From contig OZ024742.1 of the NCBI GenBank assembly GCA_964016885.1, forward strand, positions 368,280,001-368,344,000: a stretch of 64,000 nucleotides of DNA, read 5' to 3'. Positions 37,571 through 50,600 of the stretch are shown one piece after another; the first letter of the stretch is position 1; every line of letters begins with the position of its first letter. The notes under the pieces were generated by a model. That model ran no database searches. It was not told the DNA's origin and saw only the letters and a list, made by a program, of their open reading frames with translations. The position numbers and the translations under genes were made by a program. Origin of the DNA: Eledone cirrhosa. Lineage: Eukaryota.

Positions 37571-38801
37571 CATATACATATATACACACATATATATATA
37601 TATATACACACATATACATTAATAACAATAATAATAATAATAACAACAATAATAATATACATATACATATATATATAGACACACACGCGCGCACATAAAT
37701 ATATCAATACACACGCACACACACGATAGTAACTAACAGCGCTGCGATCGAATGTGGCTTTTTAGCCCAGCCAATGATCTAAAATGTCTTGCACAGAGTC
37801 GGCAACCAAAACATTCGCTGGGAATAGTCGGCTGTGGTTGGAGTTCGTGTACTTTTGCATGTCGCTTGAACCCTCCTGCTGATTTACATTCTCTACCACA
37901 TGTTTGGCAAGCATGATGAGTAGCATCTCCAACAGCAGCCTGGTAGTCAACCACTGGTCTTACTTTATGACTGCGAAGATGACTTTCGAGTCCAGCTTTG
38001 CCTAGGCAGAGTCTCGCACAGACGCTGCATGTCAGCACCATAGGAGGACCCTCGCCGTCTGGAAGTGCAACAGCAATGCCCTTCCTCACATCCCGCTTTA
38101 CTTTCTCGTATGCGATTCGAGATGCCTCAAAGGCAAATTTTCCCTCATATACAGTCTTTCTCCATTTATTACGATCAGCAGCAATATTTTCCCATGTATC
38201 AGCAGAGATGTTAGCGTCTTTCAAAGAGGCTTTCAAGGAATCCTTATACCTCTTTTTGGGGTTTATGTGGCGGTCGTTTTCCTTTAACCAACTCTCCATA
38301 AAAGAGTTGTTTTGGTATTCTAGAATCCTTCATCCTGGCAAGGTGACCACTCCAACGGAGTCGTTACCTAAGCACAAGAGCTTCTATACTGTCACACATA
38401 GAGCTTTCCAAAATCACGACATCACTGATGTGGTCCCTCCAGTGAACGCCATGGATCCGTCTGAGACACATCTGATGGAAACGCTCCAATTGCTTAAGGT
38501 GGTGTCGATATGTGACCCAGGTCTCGCAGGCATAAAGAAGACAAGAGAGCACACATGCCTTGTACACCTTTACCTTTGTCCTCCTGCATATGTCTCGCCG
38601 ACCCCAGAGTCGCCTGTTTAGCTTTCCGAAAGCATCACTTGCTTTCCTAATCCTAAGTGAGATTTCACTGTCAACGTTGCTGTATCGATTGACAGTGCTT
38701 CCCAGGTAGACAAACTGATCAACCACTCCAAGTCGTTTACCATACACATAGATATTTGGTTCAGTGTACTGCTTACCAGGGGCAGGTTGGTACATGACGA
38801 C
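37432..38801 (-). mobile_element. RTE LINE, second copy (3' 1.4 kb)
   Basis: Near-identical to 31393-32801, including the three C2H2 fingers. Confidence 0.93.
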
Positions 38802-38802
38802 G

Positions 38803-39081
38803 CCTGCCCCTGGTAAGCAGTACACTGAACCAAACATCTATGTGTATGGCAAACGACTTGGAGTGGTTGATCAGTTTGTCTACCTGGGAAGCACTGTCAA
38901 TCGATACAGCAACCTTGACAGTGAAATTTCACTTAGGATTAGGAAAGCAAGTGATGCTTTCGGAAAGCTAGAAAGGCGACTCTGGGGGTCGGTGAGACAT
39001 ATGCAGGAGGACAAAGGTAAAGGTGTACAAGGCATGTGTGCTCTCTTGTCTTCTTTATGCCTGCGAGACCTGGGTCACATA
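38803..39081 (+). mobile_element. Fold-back inverted duplication of the RTE 5' junction
   Basis: Reverse complement of 38509-38786, with a 16-nt spacer. Confidence 0.9.
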
Positions 39082-39094
39082 CATACATATATAC

Positions 39095-40443
39095 AGAGAG
39101 AACTAGAACTGAATATCTCAGAAGAGTAAAGAAAATATGGTCATCAGAACTGTCAGCGTACAACAAATACATTGACCACAATACTTATGCTGTGCCAATT
39201 CTAACGCCAACATTTGGCCTGCTGAACTGGTCATTGCAAGAACTAAGTGAGATGGATGTTAGAACTCGCAAACTTCTCAGTGTTACTGGGAACTTTAACA
39301 TCAACGGTGATGTGGATAGGCTATACTTCTCACGCAAGGAAGGTGGCCGGGTCTAAAATCCATATTAACAACATATGAGACCCGGATAGTAACATTGAAG
39401 CAAGCCCTTCAACAGAGGAAAAAGGTTGGCAACCATCTTGCCCAGGTTTATGAGCATGAAAAAAAAAATCATTAGAATAGCGACTGATCTGGAGAAGAGA
39501 TATGGAATAAAGCCTGATATAAATCTCTCACCCAGAGAAATCGGAAGATCCTATTCAATGTTCAAACAAGATGAAAAAATTGACCAATTTACATCAAAAG
39601 TTGTACATGGATACTTGAGACGTAAAACACAGACCATAGAGGGGATAAACCACTCAAAAAGCCTAGCATGGAGTTCCTACAAGTTTATGACATCACACCT
39701 TGAGGGATATCTCCATGCAATACAGGAACAAGAACTCCCTACCAAATATCTGCTGCACAAAAGGGGATAGCCAGCAGCTGACAATAAATGTAGGCTATGT
39801 AAAACAAAAATCGAGGATGTAAGCCACATTGTTGCCAGCTGCGAAAGAATGTCATCTCGCTACTACCTCCCCATGAGACACGATGGGATAGCTAGAACCA
39901 TCTGGAACGCACTTCGGAAAACAAAATTAAAAACAAACGAGGAAGAATATATTGAGACAGATGGCACTAAGGAATATTGATGGAACCTGAAAATAAAAAC
40001 TGCCACCAAATTAAAGCACAACCGGCCTGATATTGTTGTTTGGGACCACACATTGAAAACGTGTTCTGTTGTGGAGATCAGCTGCCCACTTGATGTAAAC
40101 GTTGTCAGAAAAATACAGGAGAAGGAGGACATCTACGGACCATTGATGAGGAGTTTACAAATCCAGTATCCAAGATACACCTTTAGCTTCATACCCATCA
40201 TTATTGGAGCTACGGGTTATATAACAACCCGCTTGGACTAAAGTATGACTGAACTTGGATTTGCGGACAAAAAGCGCAGCTCCCTAATTCATAGTCTACA
40301 AATGGCTGCGATAGCTGGCACCTTCAAAATTTGCAAAACATTCTTGCGATTCAAGGGATGACAATTTCTTTTCTTTTACAACCTTGCCACCAGGAAGGTA
40401 GCCTGTCAAAAAAAATACTCGAAATTAAGAGAAAGAGATAATA
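39095..40443 (+). mobile_element. R4/Dong-like LINE family 2, 5'-truncated pseudogene
   Basis: IWSSELSAYNK, AVPILTPTFG, RLYFSRKEGGR, AIQEQEL, CRLC, RHD, RPD..VEISCP; (TACA)n tail. Confidence 0.9.
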
Positions 40444-40478
40444 ACATACATATATACATACATACATACATACATACA

Positions 40479-40511
<33 letters not shown>

Positions 40512-40592
40512 CGTGGCTGCCAACTCCTTTTCGAGTATGGCCACTACTTTATATCTATGTAGGAGAACCCCTACCGATGCGCTGAACGAGTG
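40512..40592 (-). mobile_element. 3'-end fragment of the non-autonomous RTE derivative
   Basis: Homologous to 28820-28900. Confidence 0.85.
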
Positions 40593-41640
40593 TATACATA
40601 CATATATACATATATATACATACATTCATTCATACATATATATATATATACATACATACATACATGCACTCATACATATATACATACATATATACATACA
40701 TAAATATGTATGTATATATGTAGGAAGTGGTTAGTGCATTCTTACATCTTGTCAATGTGTGTACATGTGTGTGTTTTGCGGTTTCTGTATGTCAACGTTG
40801 GTGTTTCGTATGTATGAGCGTGTGTATGCGTACACATACATGCGTGTGTGTGTGTGTGTTTAAGTATCTGTGCGAGTGTGTGTTTAAGTATGTGTGAGTG
40901 TGTTTAAGTGTGTGTGTTCCCACCTTTCGATCTCTAAAGGTATTAACTTTGGAGATGTTGAAAGGATTGTTTTAGGAACAAATAAAACTGAAACAACAGG
41001 GTTTTAGAGGGAAACACAACAACAAACAGGGTTTTAGAGGGAAACAAAACAACAACAGGGTTTTAGAGGGAAACAACAACACATGTAAATAAATAGAATT
41101 CAACAAAATGACCAAAAATCTGGAATCTTCTTTAGACTGTTCGGAGACTGGTGTAATATTAAAGAAAGGATTCCATTCCTTAGCGAAATCATATGCCTAA
41201 TTCTCCTACATTGGCGAGCAGCACTGATTGAGTAGCTTACCAATTCTAACTGAAGTGAAAACAAACGATGTATATAAAGAAATACTACAATAAGATTGCG
41301 AAGAATGTATCGTCTGGTTCAGTGAATTTTAATAGACAGCTTGGTGTTGTTAAGTATCGCAGGAGAAATAGCAGCCCTCAAGTAACTTTTCCTTTATTTT
41401 CCTTTATATAATATATCTATTTGTATTCGCTATTTTCCTTTCTTCCTTCTCATTGTGAATATGTTGACTACAACTAGATTATGCTTCAGTGAATTATATA
41501 TTTTCAGATGAGGGTTAACAGCAGAAATAAACAACCCTTAAGAGACTATATATATATATGTGTGTGTGTATGTGTGTGTATACATATATATATATATATA
41601 TATATATGAATAATACATATGCATATATATATATATGTAA

Positions 41641-41832
<192 letters not shown>

Positions 41833-42013
41833 AAATGTGTGGTGACAGTCAAGTTTGCATTATAAACCTGAAGATTGCGAAAGCATGAAAGTATTTGTTC
41901 AATTAACACTTAACATGTAATATTCTACCATACTATTTCATTCTAATACCATTATACATTTTAAAGGATTGTAAATAAAACGAGTAAATCAGACAAAGTT
42001 GGAATTACTTTTA

Positions 42014-42072
<59 letters not shown>

Positions 42073-42233
42073 TTAGAATTGGAGCTCTGAAATAGCAATA
42101 TATATATGGATGTATATATAATGTATTTTGCAATACACTTTATGCTTAATTAAAAGCATTTTGAAGACCGTAAGCTGTTGTTTTAAAGTAGTGACAAATT
42201 CACTTACTTTGATCTCAGCAAACAGGGGAGATA

Positions 42234-42277
42234 AGCCGACAAGTCTTGTTTCTCTTTGGTTGAAGCTTATCAAGGCT
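42234..42277 (-). ncRNA. Type I hammerhead, U3:A8 variant (stem II base mismatch)
   Basis: AGCC-TTGATAA-GCTTCAACCAAAGA-GAAA-CAAGACTTG-TC-GGCT. Confidence 0.7.
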
Positions 42278-42549
42278 AACTACCCCTCCTGTCTACCGAG
42301 ATCACTGATGTTATATCCTTATAGAAATCTAGTAAATAATCAGGAGCTGATTATGCAGAGCGGTTGTTGGTCAGGCAGAAATTAAAAATTAGAATTGGAG
42401 CTCTGAAATAGCAATATATATATGGATGTATATATAATGTATTTTGCAATACACTTTATGCTTAATTAAAAGCATTTTGAAGACCGTAAGCTGTTGTTTT
42501 AAAGTAGTGATAAATTCACTTACTTTGATCTCAGTAAACAGGGGAGATA

Positions 42550-42593
42550 AGCCGACAAGTCTTGTTTCGCTTTGGTTGAAGCTTATCAAGGCT
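42550..42593 (-). ncRNA. Type I hammerhead, U3:A8 variant
   Basis: AGCC-TTGATAA-GCTT CAACCA AAGC-GAAA-CAAGACTTG-TC-GGCT. All three stems pair; GUC site. Confidence 0.82.
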
Positions 42594-43049
42594 AAATACA
42601 TTATATATACATCCATATATATTGCTATTTCAGAGCTCCAATTCTAATTTTTAATTTCTGCCTGACCAACGATAAAATATGTCCCAGACTTGGAAATATA
42701 AGTAAAAGAGTACAAGAATCCATTAAAGTACCTTCGTGTGTATATGTATGATTTAATATATCTGTACTGCATATATGTATAAACCCATAACTCCTTGTGG
42801 AGCCGTAGGAACGCCATAGTGATATAGGGTTTTTGTGGGTACTTTAAACCTGGTTGAGCCCATGCCTCTCTAGATCTGGACACAGCTGATTTCTTCCGCA
42901 GAGGAGAAAGAAATAAGAATGGGATATAGAGGCATAATCAACCCAGTACTTGACTGGTATTTTTTTTTTTTTTTACCCTGAAACTATGAAAGGCAAAGTT
43001 GACCGCGGCTGGTTCTGAATTCAGAGCATAGAGTCCCGGAACAAATTAC

Positions 43050-43357
43050 TTGTTTGTAGTAGTGGCAGCGTTCACCCAGGGTGGACTGAACCGGCTCCAT
43101 CGAAGGAATTCGTGGTGTAAGTTCATTTCAATGGAGTTTCTGAAGGTGATTGGTTTCACAAGCGGTGCCCAGCCGCAGGTACCGTTGAGCTCTCGCTTTC
43201 ACACCCAACCAAATTTGGTGGAGTCAGTGCCGCGACGGGGGCGCATGCGAGAGAGTTTGGCCGACAGAGGTGATGAACACAACCTAGTAAACTATTTTGT
43301 AGACCAGCAGGATCTCACCCCACTGCCCAGTTAGGGCATACTGACCCTCGGCACCTT
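43050..43357 (-). mobile_element. About 310-bp retroposon with a 5' HDV-like ribozyme fold and imperfect TSD
   Basis: Flanked by CCGGAACAAATTAC and CCGGAACCAATAC; short-repeat tail (CTA)n on the - strand; fold at 43190-43355. Confidence 0.65.
43190..43355 (-). ncRNA. HDV-like ribozyme fold, probably inactivated
   Basis: P1 GGTGCC/GGCACT, P2 CTCTCGC/GCGAGAG, P3 GCG/CGC, L3 CCCCCGT, P4 hairpin, J4/2 GTGAA. Confidence 0.6.
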
Positions 43358-43974
43358 CCGGAACCAATACCACAAAGTATTCCATCCGACCTTCTACTAC
43401 ATCTGAACATATAGAGAAACACATACTATATCATAATCGTGCTAATATAATCTTTATATAGAGTATTTTTTTATATATATTTGTTGTTTTGTTATGTGTT
43501 CACATAAAAAATATGATGTAAAAGAATTTTTATTGGGTTTATTAGCAATATTAGCAATGAAACTTCAGCATTGAAAGCGCCAAATAGATTTTCTCACCGT
43601 TTTATTCTTATAATCTTTATGTAGCTATAACGCTCCTCCAAGGAAGCCATTTTGAATTGAACCACAGCGGTGGGTTTGGCAGAAAGAAAACATATAAACT
43701 AAAATACACAACAACGCTAACAGCAAAAAATGATAGAAAACAAGCTAGAGTATCTTCACTGTTTCTTTCATGGTTTTATTTGTTATAATTCTTCGTTCAA
43801 CTTCGTTTCTTTCTATTCTTAAAAGTATTATCTTCGAATTACAAATATTTGTAAAGAAATCATTAAAGCAGAAATACTATAGTAAAGTGATTATAGAGAC
43901 TTTTGTAAGATTTAAATCTCGTTACTTGTTGATTTATTTAAATATTCAGTCATTTATTACAGTGAAATATATTA

Positions 43975-44285
43975 AAGAATGTAGCTTATTTGTTAGGAGT
44001 GTTCAGCCCTCCATCTTAAGGTGGTGAGTTCGAGTCCCGGGCAGCATATTCTCACCTTGACTAAGCAACACACTTTATTTCACTTAACTTAGCTATAGCT
44101 GTACCTGTAATTTAATGGGGTCTGTCCTTGTTAAACACTTTGTCAGACTGAATCTTATTGAGAACTGCGTTAAAAGTACACGTGTTTGTGAAATGCTCAG
44201 CCACTTGCACGTAAATTTCGGTAGCAGACTGTTCCGTTTTTCGTGCAACTAAAACAGTCTTCGTGTGAACCGACGGAGGTCCAAC
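43975..44285 (+). mobile_element. tRNA-derived SINE, family A, degenerate
   Basis: B-box GAGTTCGAGTCCC; CACTTTATTTCAC and ATGCTCAGCCACTTGCA are shared with 3750-4072. Confidence 0.7.
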
Positions 44286-44490
44286 GCATCATCACATGTG
44301 AAGGCACATGACACTATATTTTACGTTGCTTCATTCCACTGTCACACTGAATCTCCCTGAGATCTGTCTACTGATGTTCGTGAAATCTTTAGTTACTTGT
44401 ACATTTAAGTTTACTATCAGATTGTTCCAGTGTACGAACAACTGGGGTATGCTTCATTGAAACAGGCGGAGGCCCAGCACACACACTGTC

Positions 44491-44577
<87 letters not shown>

Positions 44578-44684
44578 TGCACACCCGTATATATTTTGTC
44601 TGCATTTCAAATTATATAGTGACACCGGACTGATCAGTTAATTTATTTCTGACAGGCATTAGTTTAACTGTGGTTAGATATGAT

Positions 44685-47600
44685 TATATCTACCACAGGG
44701 TCAACATTTAGAGGTCTTATCAATAGACACACCACTATCTATACCACAGGGTCACCATCTAGAGGACTTGTCAAAAGGCACAACACCATATCTACCACAG
44801 GGTCAACATCTAGAGGTCCTGTCAATAGACACAACACTATCTCTACCACAGGGTCACCATCTAAAAATCTTGTCAATAGAGACAACACCATATCTACCAC
44901 AGGTCAACATGTAGAGGTTTTGTCAATAGAGACAACACCATATCTACCACAGGGTCAACATCTAGAGGTCTTGTCAGTAGACACAACACAATATCTACCA
45001 CAGGGTCACCATCTAGAAGACTTGTCAAAAGACACAACACCATATCTACCACAGGGTCAACATCTAGAAGTCTTGTCAATAGACAAAACACCATATCAAC
45101 CACAGGGTCAACATCTAGAGGTCTTGTCAATAGACACAACACCATTTCTACCACAGGGTCACCATCTAGAAGTTTTGTCAATAGAGACAACACCATATCT
45201 ACCACAGGGTCAACATGTAGAGGTTTTGTCAATAGAGACAACACCATATCTACCACAGGGTCAATATGTAGAGCTCTTGTCAATAGAAACAACACCATAT
45301 CTACCACAGCGTCAACATTTAGAGGTCTTGTCAATAGACACAACACCATATCTACCACAGGGTCAACATATAGATTTCTTGTCAATAGACACAACACCGT
45401 ATCTACCACAGGCCAACATCTAGAGGTCTTGTCAAAAGACACAACACCATATCTACCATAGGGTCAACATGTAGAGGTCTTGTCAATAGACACAACACCA
45501 TATCTACCACAGGCTCAACATCTAGAGGTTTTGTCAATAGACACAGCACCATATCTACCACAGGGTCACCATCTAGAGGTCTTGTCAATAGACACAACAC
45601 CATATCTACCACAGGGTCACCATCTAGAGGTCGTGTCAATAGACACAACACCATATCTACCACAGGGTCAAAATCCAGAGGTCTTGTCAAGAGACACAAC
45701 ACCATATCTACCACAGGGTCAACATGTAGAGGTCTTGTCAATAGACACAACACCATATCTACCACAGGGTCAGTATGTAGAGGTCGTGTCAATAGACACA
45801 ACACCATATCTACCACAGGGTCACCATCTAGAGGTCTTGTCAATAGACACAACACCATATCTACCACAGGGTCACCATCTAGAGGTCGTGTCAATAGACA
45901 CAACACCATATCTACCACAGGGTCAACATCTAGAGGTCGTGTCAATAGACACAACACCGTATCAACCACAGGTTCAACATCTAGAGGCCTTGTCAATAGG
46001 GACAACACCTTATCTACCACAGGGTCAACATGTAGAGGTCTTGTCAATAGACACAACATCATATCTACCACAGGGTCAATATGTAGATGTCTTGTCAATA
46101 GAGACAACACCATATCTACCACAAGGTCAATATGTAGAGGTCTTGTCAATAGTCACAACACCATATCTACCACAGGGTTAATATGTAGAGGACTTGGCAA
46201 TAGAGACAACACCATATCTACCACAAGGTCAATATGTAGAGGTCTTGTCAATAGAGACAACACCATATCTACCACAAGGTCAATATGTAGAGGTCTTGTC
46301 AATAGTCACAACACCATATCTAATACAGGGTCAATATGTAGAGGACTTGGCAATAGAGACAACACCATATCTACCACAAGGTCAATATGTAGAGGTCTTG
46401 TCAATAGTGACAACACCATATCTACCACAAGGTCAATATGTAGAGGTCTTGTCAATAGAAACAACACCATATCTACCACAGCGTCAACATTTAGAGGCCT
46501 TGTCAATAGACACAACACCATATCTACCACAGGGTCAACATATAGATTTCTTGTCAATAGACACAACACCGTATCTACCACAGGCCAACATCTAGAGGTC
46601 TTGTCAAAAGACACAACACCATATCTACCATAGGGTCAACATCTAGAGGTCTTGTTAATAGACACAACACCATATCTACCACAGGATCAACATCTAGAGG
46701 TCTTGTCAAAAGACACAACACCATATCTACCACAGGGTCAAGATCTAGAGGTCTTGTCAATAGAGACAGCACCATATCTACCACAGGGTCAAAATCCAGA
46801 GGTCTTGTCAAGAGACACAACACCATATCTACCACAGGGTCAGTATGTAGAGGTCTTGTCAATAGACACAACACCATATCTACCACAGGCTCAACATCTA
46901 GAGGTCTTGTCAATAGACACAGCACCATATCTACCACAGGGTCACCATCTAGAGGTCTTGTCAATAGACACAACACCATATCTACCACAGGGTCACCATC
47001 TAGAGGTCGTGTCAATAGACACAACACCATATCTACCACAGGGTCAAAATCCAGAGGTCTTGTCAAGAGACACAACACCATATCTACCACAGGGTCAACA
47101 TGTAGAGGTCTTGTCAATAGACACAACACCATATCTACCACGGGGTCAGTATGTAGAGGTCGTGTCAATAGACACAACACCATATCTACCACAGGGTCAC
47201 CATCTAGAGGTCTTGTCAATAGACACAACACCATATCTACCACAGGGTCACCATCTAGAGGTCGTGTCAATAGACACAACACCATATCTACCACAGGGTC
47301 AACATCTAGAGGTCGTGTCAATAGACACAACACCGTATCAACCACAGGTTCAACATCTAGAGGCCTTGTCAATAGGGACAACACCTTATCTACCACAGGG
47401 TCAACATGTAGAGGTCTTGTCAATAGACACAACATCATATCTACCACAGGGTCAATATGTAGATGTCTTGTCAATAGAGACAACACCATATCTACCACAA
47501 GGTCAATATGTAGAGGTCTTGTCAATAGTCACAACACCATATCTACCACAGGGTTAATATGTAGAGGACTTGGCAATAGAGACAACACCATATCTACCAC

Positions 47601-50600
47601 AAGGTCAATATGTAGAGGTCTTGTCAATAGAGACAACACCATATCTACCACAAGGTCAATATGTAGAGGTCTTGTCAATAGTCACAACACCATATCTAAT
47701 ACAGGGTCAATATGTAGAGGACTTGGCAATAGAGACAACACCATATCTACCACAAGGTCAATATGTAGAGGTCTTGTCAATAGTGACAACACCATATCTA
47801 CCACAAGGTCAATATGTAGAGGTCTTGTCAATAGTCACAACACCATATCTACCACAGGGTCACCATCTAGAGATCTTGTCAAAAGACACAACACCTTATC
47901 TACCACAGAGTCACCATATACAGGTCTTGTCAAAAAACACAACACCATATCTAGCACAGGGTCAACATGTGGAGGTCTTGTCAATAGATACAACACCATA
48001 TCTACCACAGGGTCAACATCTAGAGGCCTTGTCAATAGGGACAACACCTTATCTAACACAGGGAAACATGTAGAGTTCTTGTCAATAGACACAACACCAT
48101 ATCTACCAGTGGGTCAATAGCTAAAGGCCTTGTCAATAGAGACAACACCATATCTACCAAAGGGTCAACATGTAGAATTCTTGTCAATAGAAACAACACC
48201 ATATCTACCACAGGGTCAACATCTAGAGGTCTTGTAAATAGACACAACACCATATCTACCACAGGGTCAACATGTAGAGGTCGTGTCAATAGACCCAACA
48301 CCATATCTACCACAGGGTCAATATGTAGAGGTCTTGTCAATAGACACAACACCATATCTACCACAGGGTCAATGTCCTGAGTTCTTGTCTATAGACACAA
48401 CACCATATCTAACACTGGGTCAACATCTAGAGGTTTTGTCAATAGACACAACACGAGATCCACAGGGTCTACATGTAGAGGTCTTGTCAAAATACACAGC
48501 ACCATATCTACCACAGGGTCAAAGTCTAGAGGTTTTGTCAAAAGACACAACACCATATCTACCACAGGCTCAACATCTAGAGGTCTTGTCAATAGAGACA
48601 ACACCATATCTACCACAGGGTCAATATGTAGAGGTCTTGTCAATAGAGACAACACCATATCTACCACAGGGTCAACATGTGGAGGTATTGTCAAAAGGCA
48701 CAACACCATATCTACCACAGGGTCAACATCTAGAGGTCCTGTCAATAGACACAACACTATCTCTACCACAGGGTCACCATCTAGACGTCGTGTCAAAAGA
48801 CACAACACCATATCTACCACAGGGTCACCATCTAGAAATCTTGTCAAAAGACACAACACCATTTCTACCACAGGGTCAACATCTAGAGGTCTTGTCAATA
48901 GACACAACACCATTTCTACCACAGGGTCACCATCTAGAATTTTTGTCAATAGAGACAACACCATATCTACCACAGTGTCAACATGTAGAGGTTTTGTCAA
49001 TAGAGACAACACCATATCTACCACAGGGTCAATATGTAGAGCTCTTATCAATAGAAACAACACCATATCTACCACAGCGTCAACATCTAGAGGTCTTGTC
49101 AATAGACACAACACCATATCTACCACAGGGCAACATATAGATTTCTTGTCAATAGACACAACACCTTATCTACCACAGGCCAACATCTAGAGGTCTTGTC
49201 AAAAGACACAACACCATATCTACCACAGGGTCAACATCTAGAGGCCTTGTCAATAGAGACAACACCATGTCTACCACAGGGTCAAAATCCAGAGGTCTTG
49301 TCAATAGAGACAGCACCATATCTACCACAGGGTCAGTATGTAGATGTCTTATCAATAGACACAACACCATATCTACCACAGGGACGACATGTAGAGGTCA
49401 TGTCAATAGAGACAACACCATATCTACCACAGGGTCACCATCTAGAAGTCTTGTCAATAGACACAACAGCATATCTACCACAGGGTCAACATGTAGAGGT
49501 CTTGTCAAAAGACACAACACCATATCTACCACAGGGTCACCATCTAGAGGTCTTGTCAATAGAGACAACACCATATCTACCACAGGGTCAACATCTAGAG
49601 GTCTTGTCAATAGACACAACACCATATCTACCACAGGGTCAACATCTAGAGGTCGTGTCAATAGACACAACACCGTATCAACCACAGGGTCAACATCTAG
49701 AGGCCTTGTCAATAGGGACAACACCTTATCTAACACAGGGAAACATGTAGAGGTCGTGTCAATAGACCCAACACCATATCTACCACAGGGTCAATATGTA
49801 GAGGTCTTGTCAATAGACACAACACCGTATCTACCACAGGGGCAACATCTTGAGGCCTTATCAATAGGGACAACAACTTATCTACCACAGGTCAACATGT
49901 AGAGGTCTTGTCAATAGACACAACATCATATCTACCACAGGGTCAATATATAGAGGTCTTGGCAATAGACAGAACACCATATCTACCACAGGGTCAACAT
50001 CTAGAGGTCTTGTCAAAAGACACAACACCATATCTACCACAGCGTCATCATCTAGAGATCTTGTCAAAAGACACAACACCATATCTACCACAGGGTCACC
50101 ATCTAGAGATCTTGTCAAAAAACACAACAACATATCTACCAGAGGGTCAACATCTAGAGGTCTTGTGAAAATACACAACACCAAATCTACCACAGGGTCA
50201 CCATCTAGAGGTCTTGTCAATAGAGACAACACCATATCTAGCACAGGGTCAACATGTGGAGGTCTTGTCAATAGATACAACACCATATCTACCACAGGCT
50301 CAATATTTAGAGGCCTTGTCAATAGGGACAACACCTTATCTAACACAGGGAAACATGTAGAGTTCTTGTCAATAGACACAACACCATATCTACCACAGGG
50401 TCAACATCTAGAGGTCTAGTCAAAAGACACAACACCATATCTACCACAGGGTCAACATCTAGAGGTCTTGTCAAAAGACACAATACCATATCTACCACAG
50501 GGTCAACATCTAGAGGTCTTGTCAGTAGACACAACACTATCTCTACCACAAGTACACCATCTAGAAGACTTGTCAAAAGACACAACACCATATCTACCAC

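Larger units (their letters stand above)
42065..42670 (-). mobile_element. Retrozyme-like element, 316-bp unit x about 1.7, with 5' inverted arm
   Basis: The unit at 42065 repeats at 42381. 42595-42670 is inverted. (TA)n at its 3' end, two hammerheads, and partial homology to the 310-bp unit. Confidence 0.85.
42935..43400 (-). mobile_element. Degenerate family B SINE interrupted by a GC-rich insertion
   Basis: CCAGTACTTGACTGGTA..TGAAAGGCAAAGTTGACC..GAATTCAGA at 42943-43025; resumes after 43358. Confidence 0.6.

Noticed and set aside
40990-41080. Telomeric repeat (AACAGGGTTTTAGAGGGAAAC x3)
   Set aside because: A short ~30-bp minisatellite, not a TTAGGG array.
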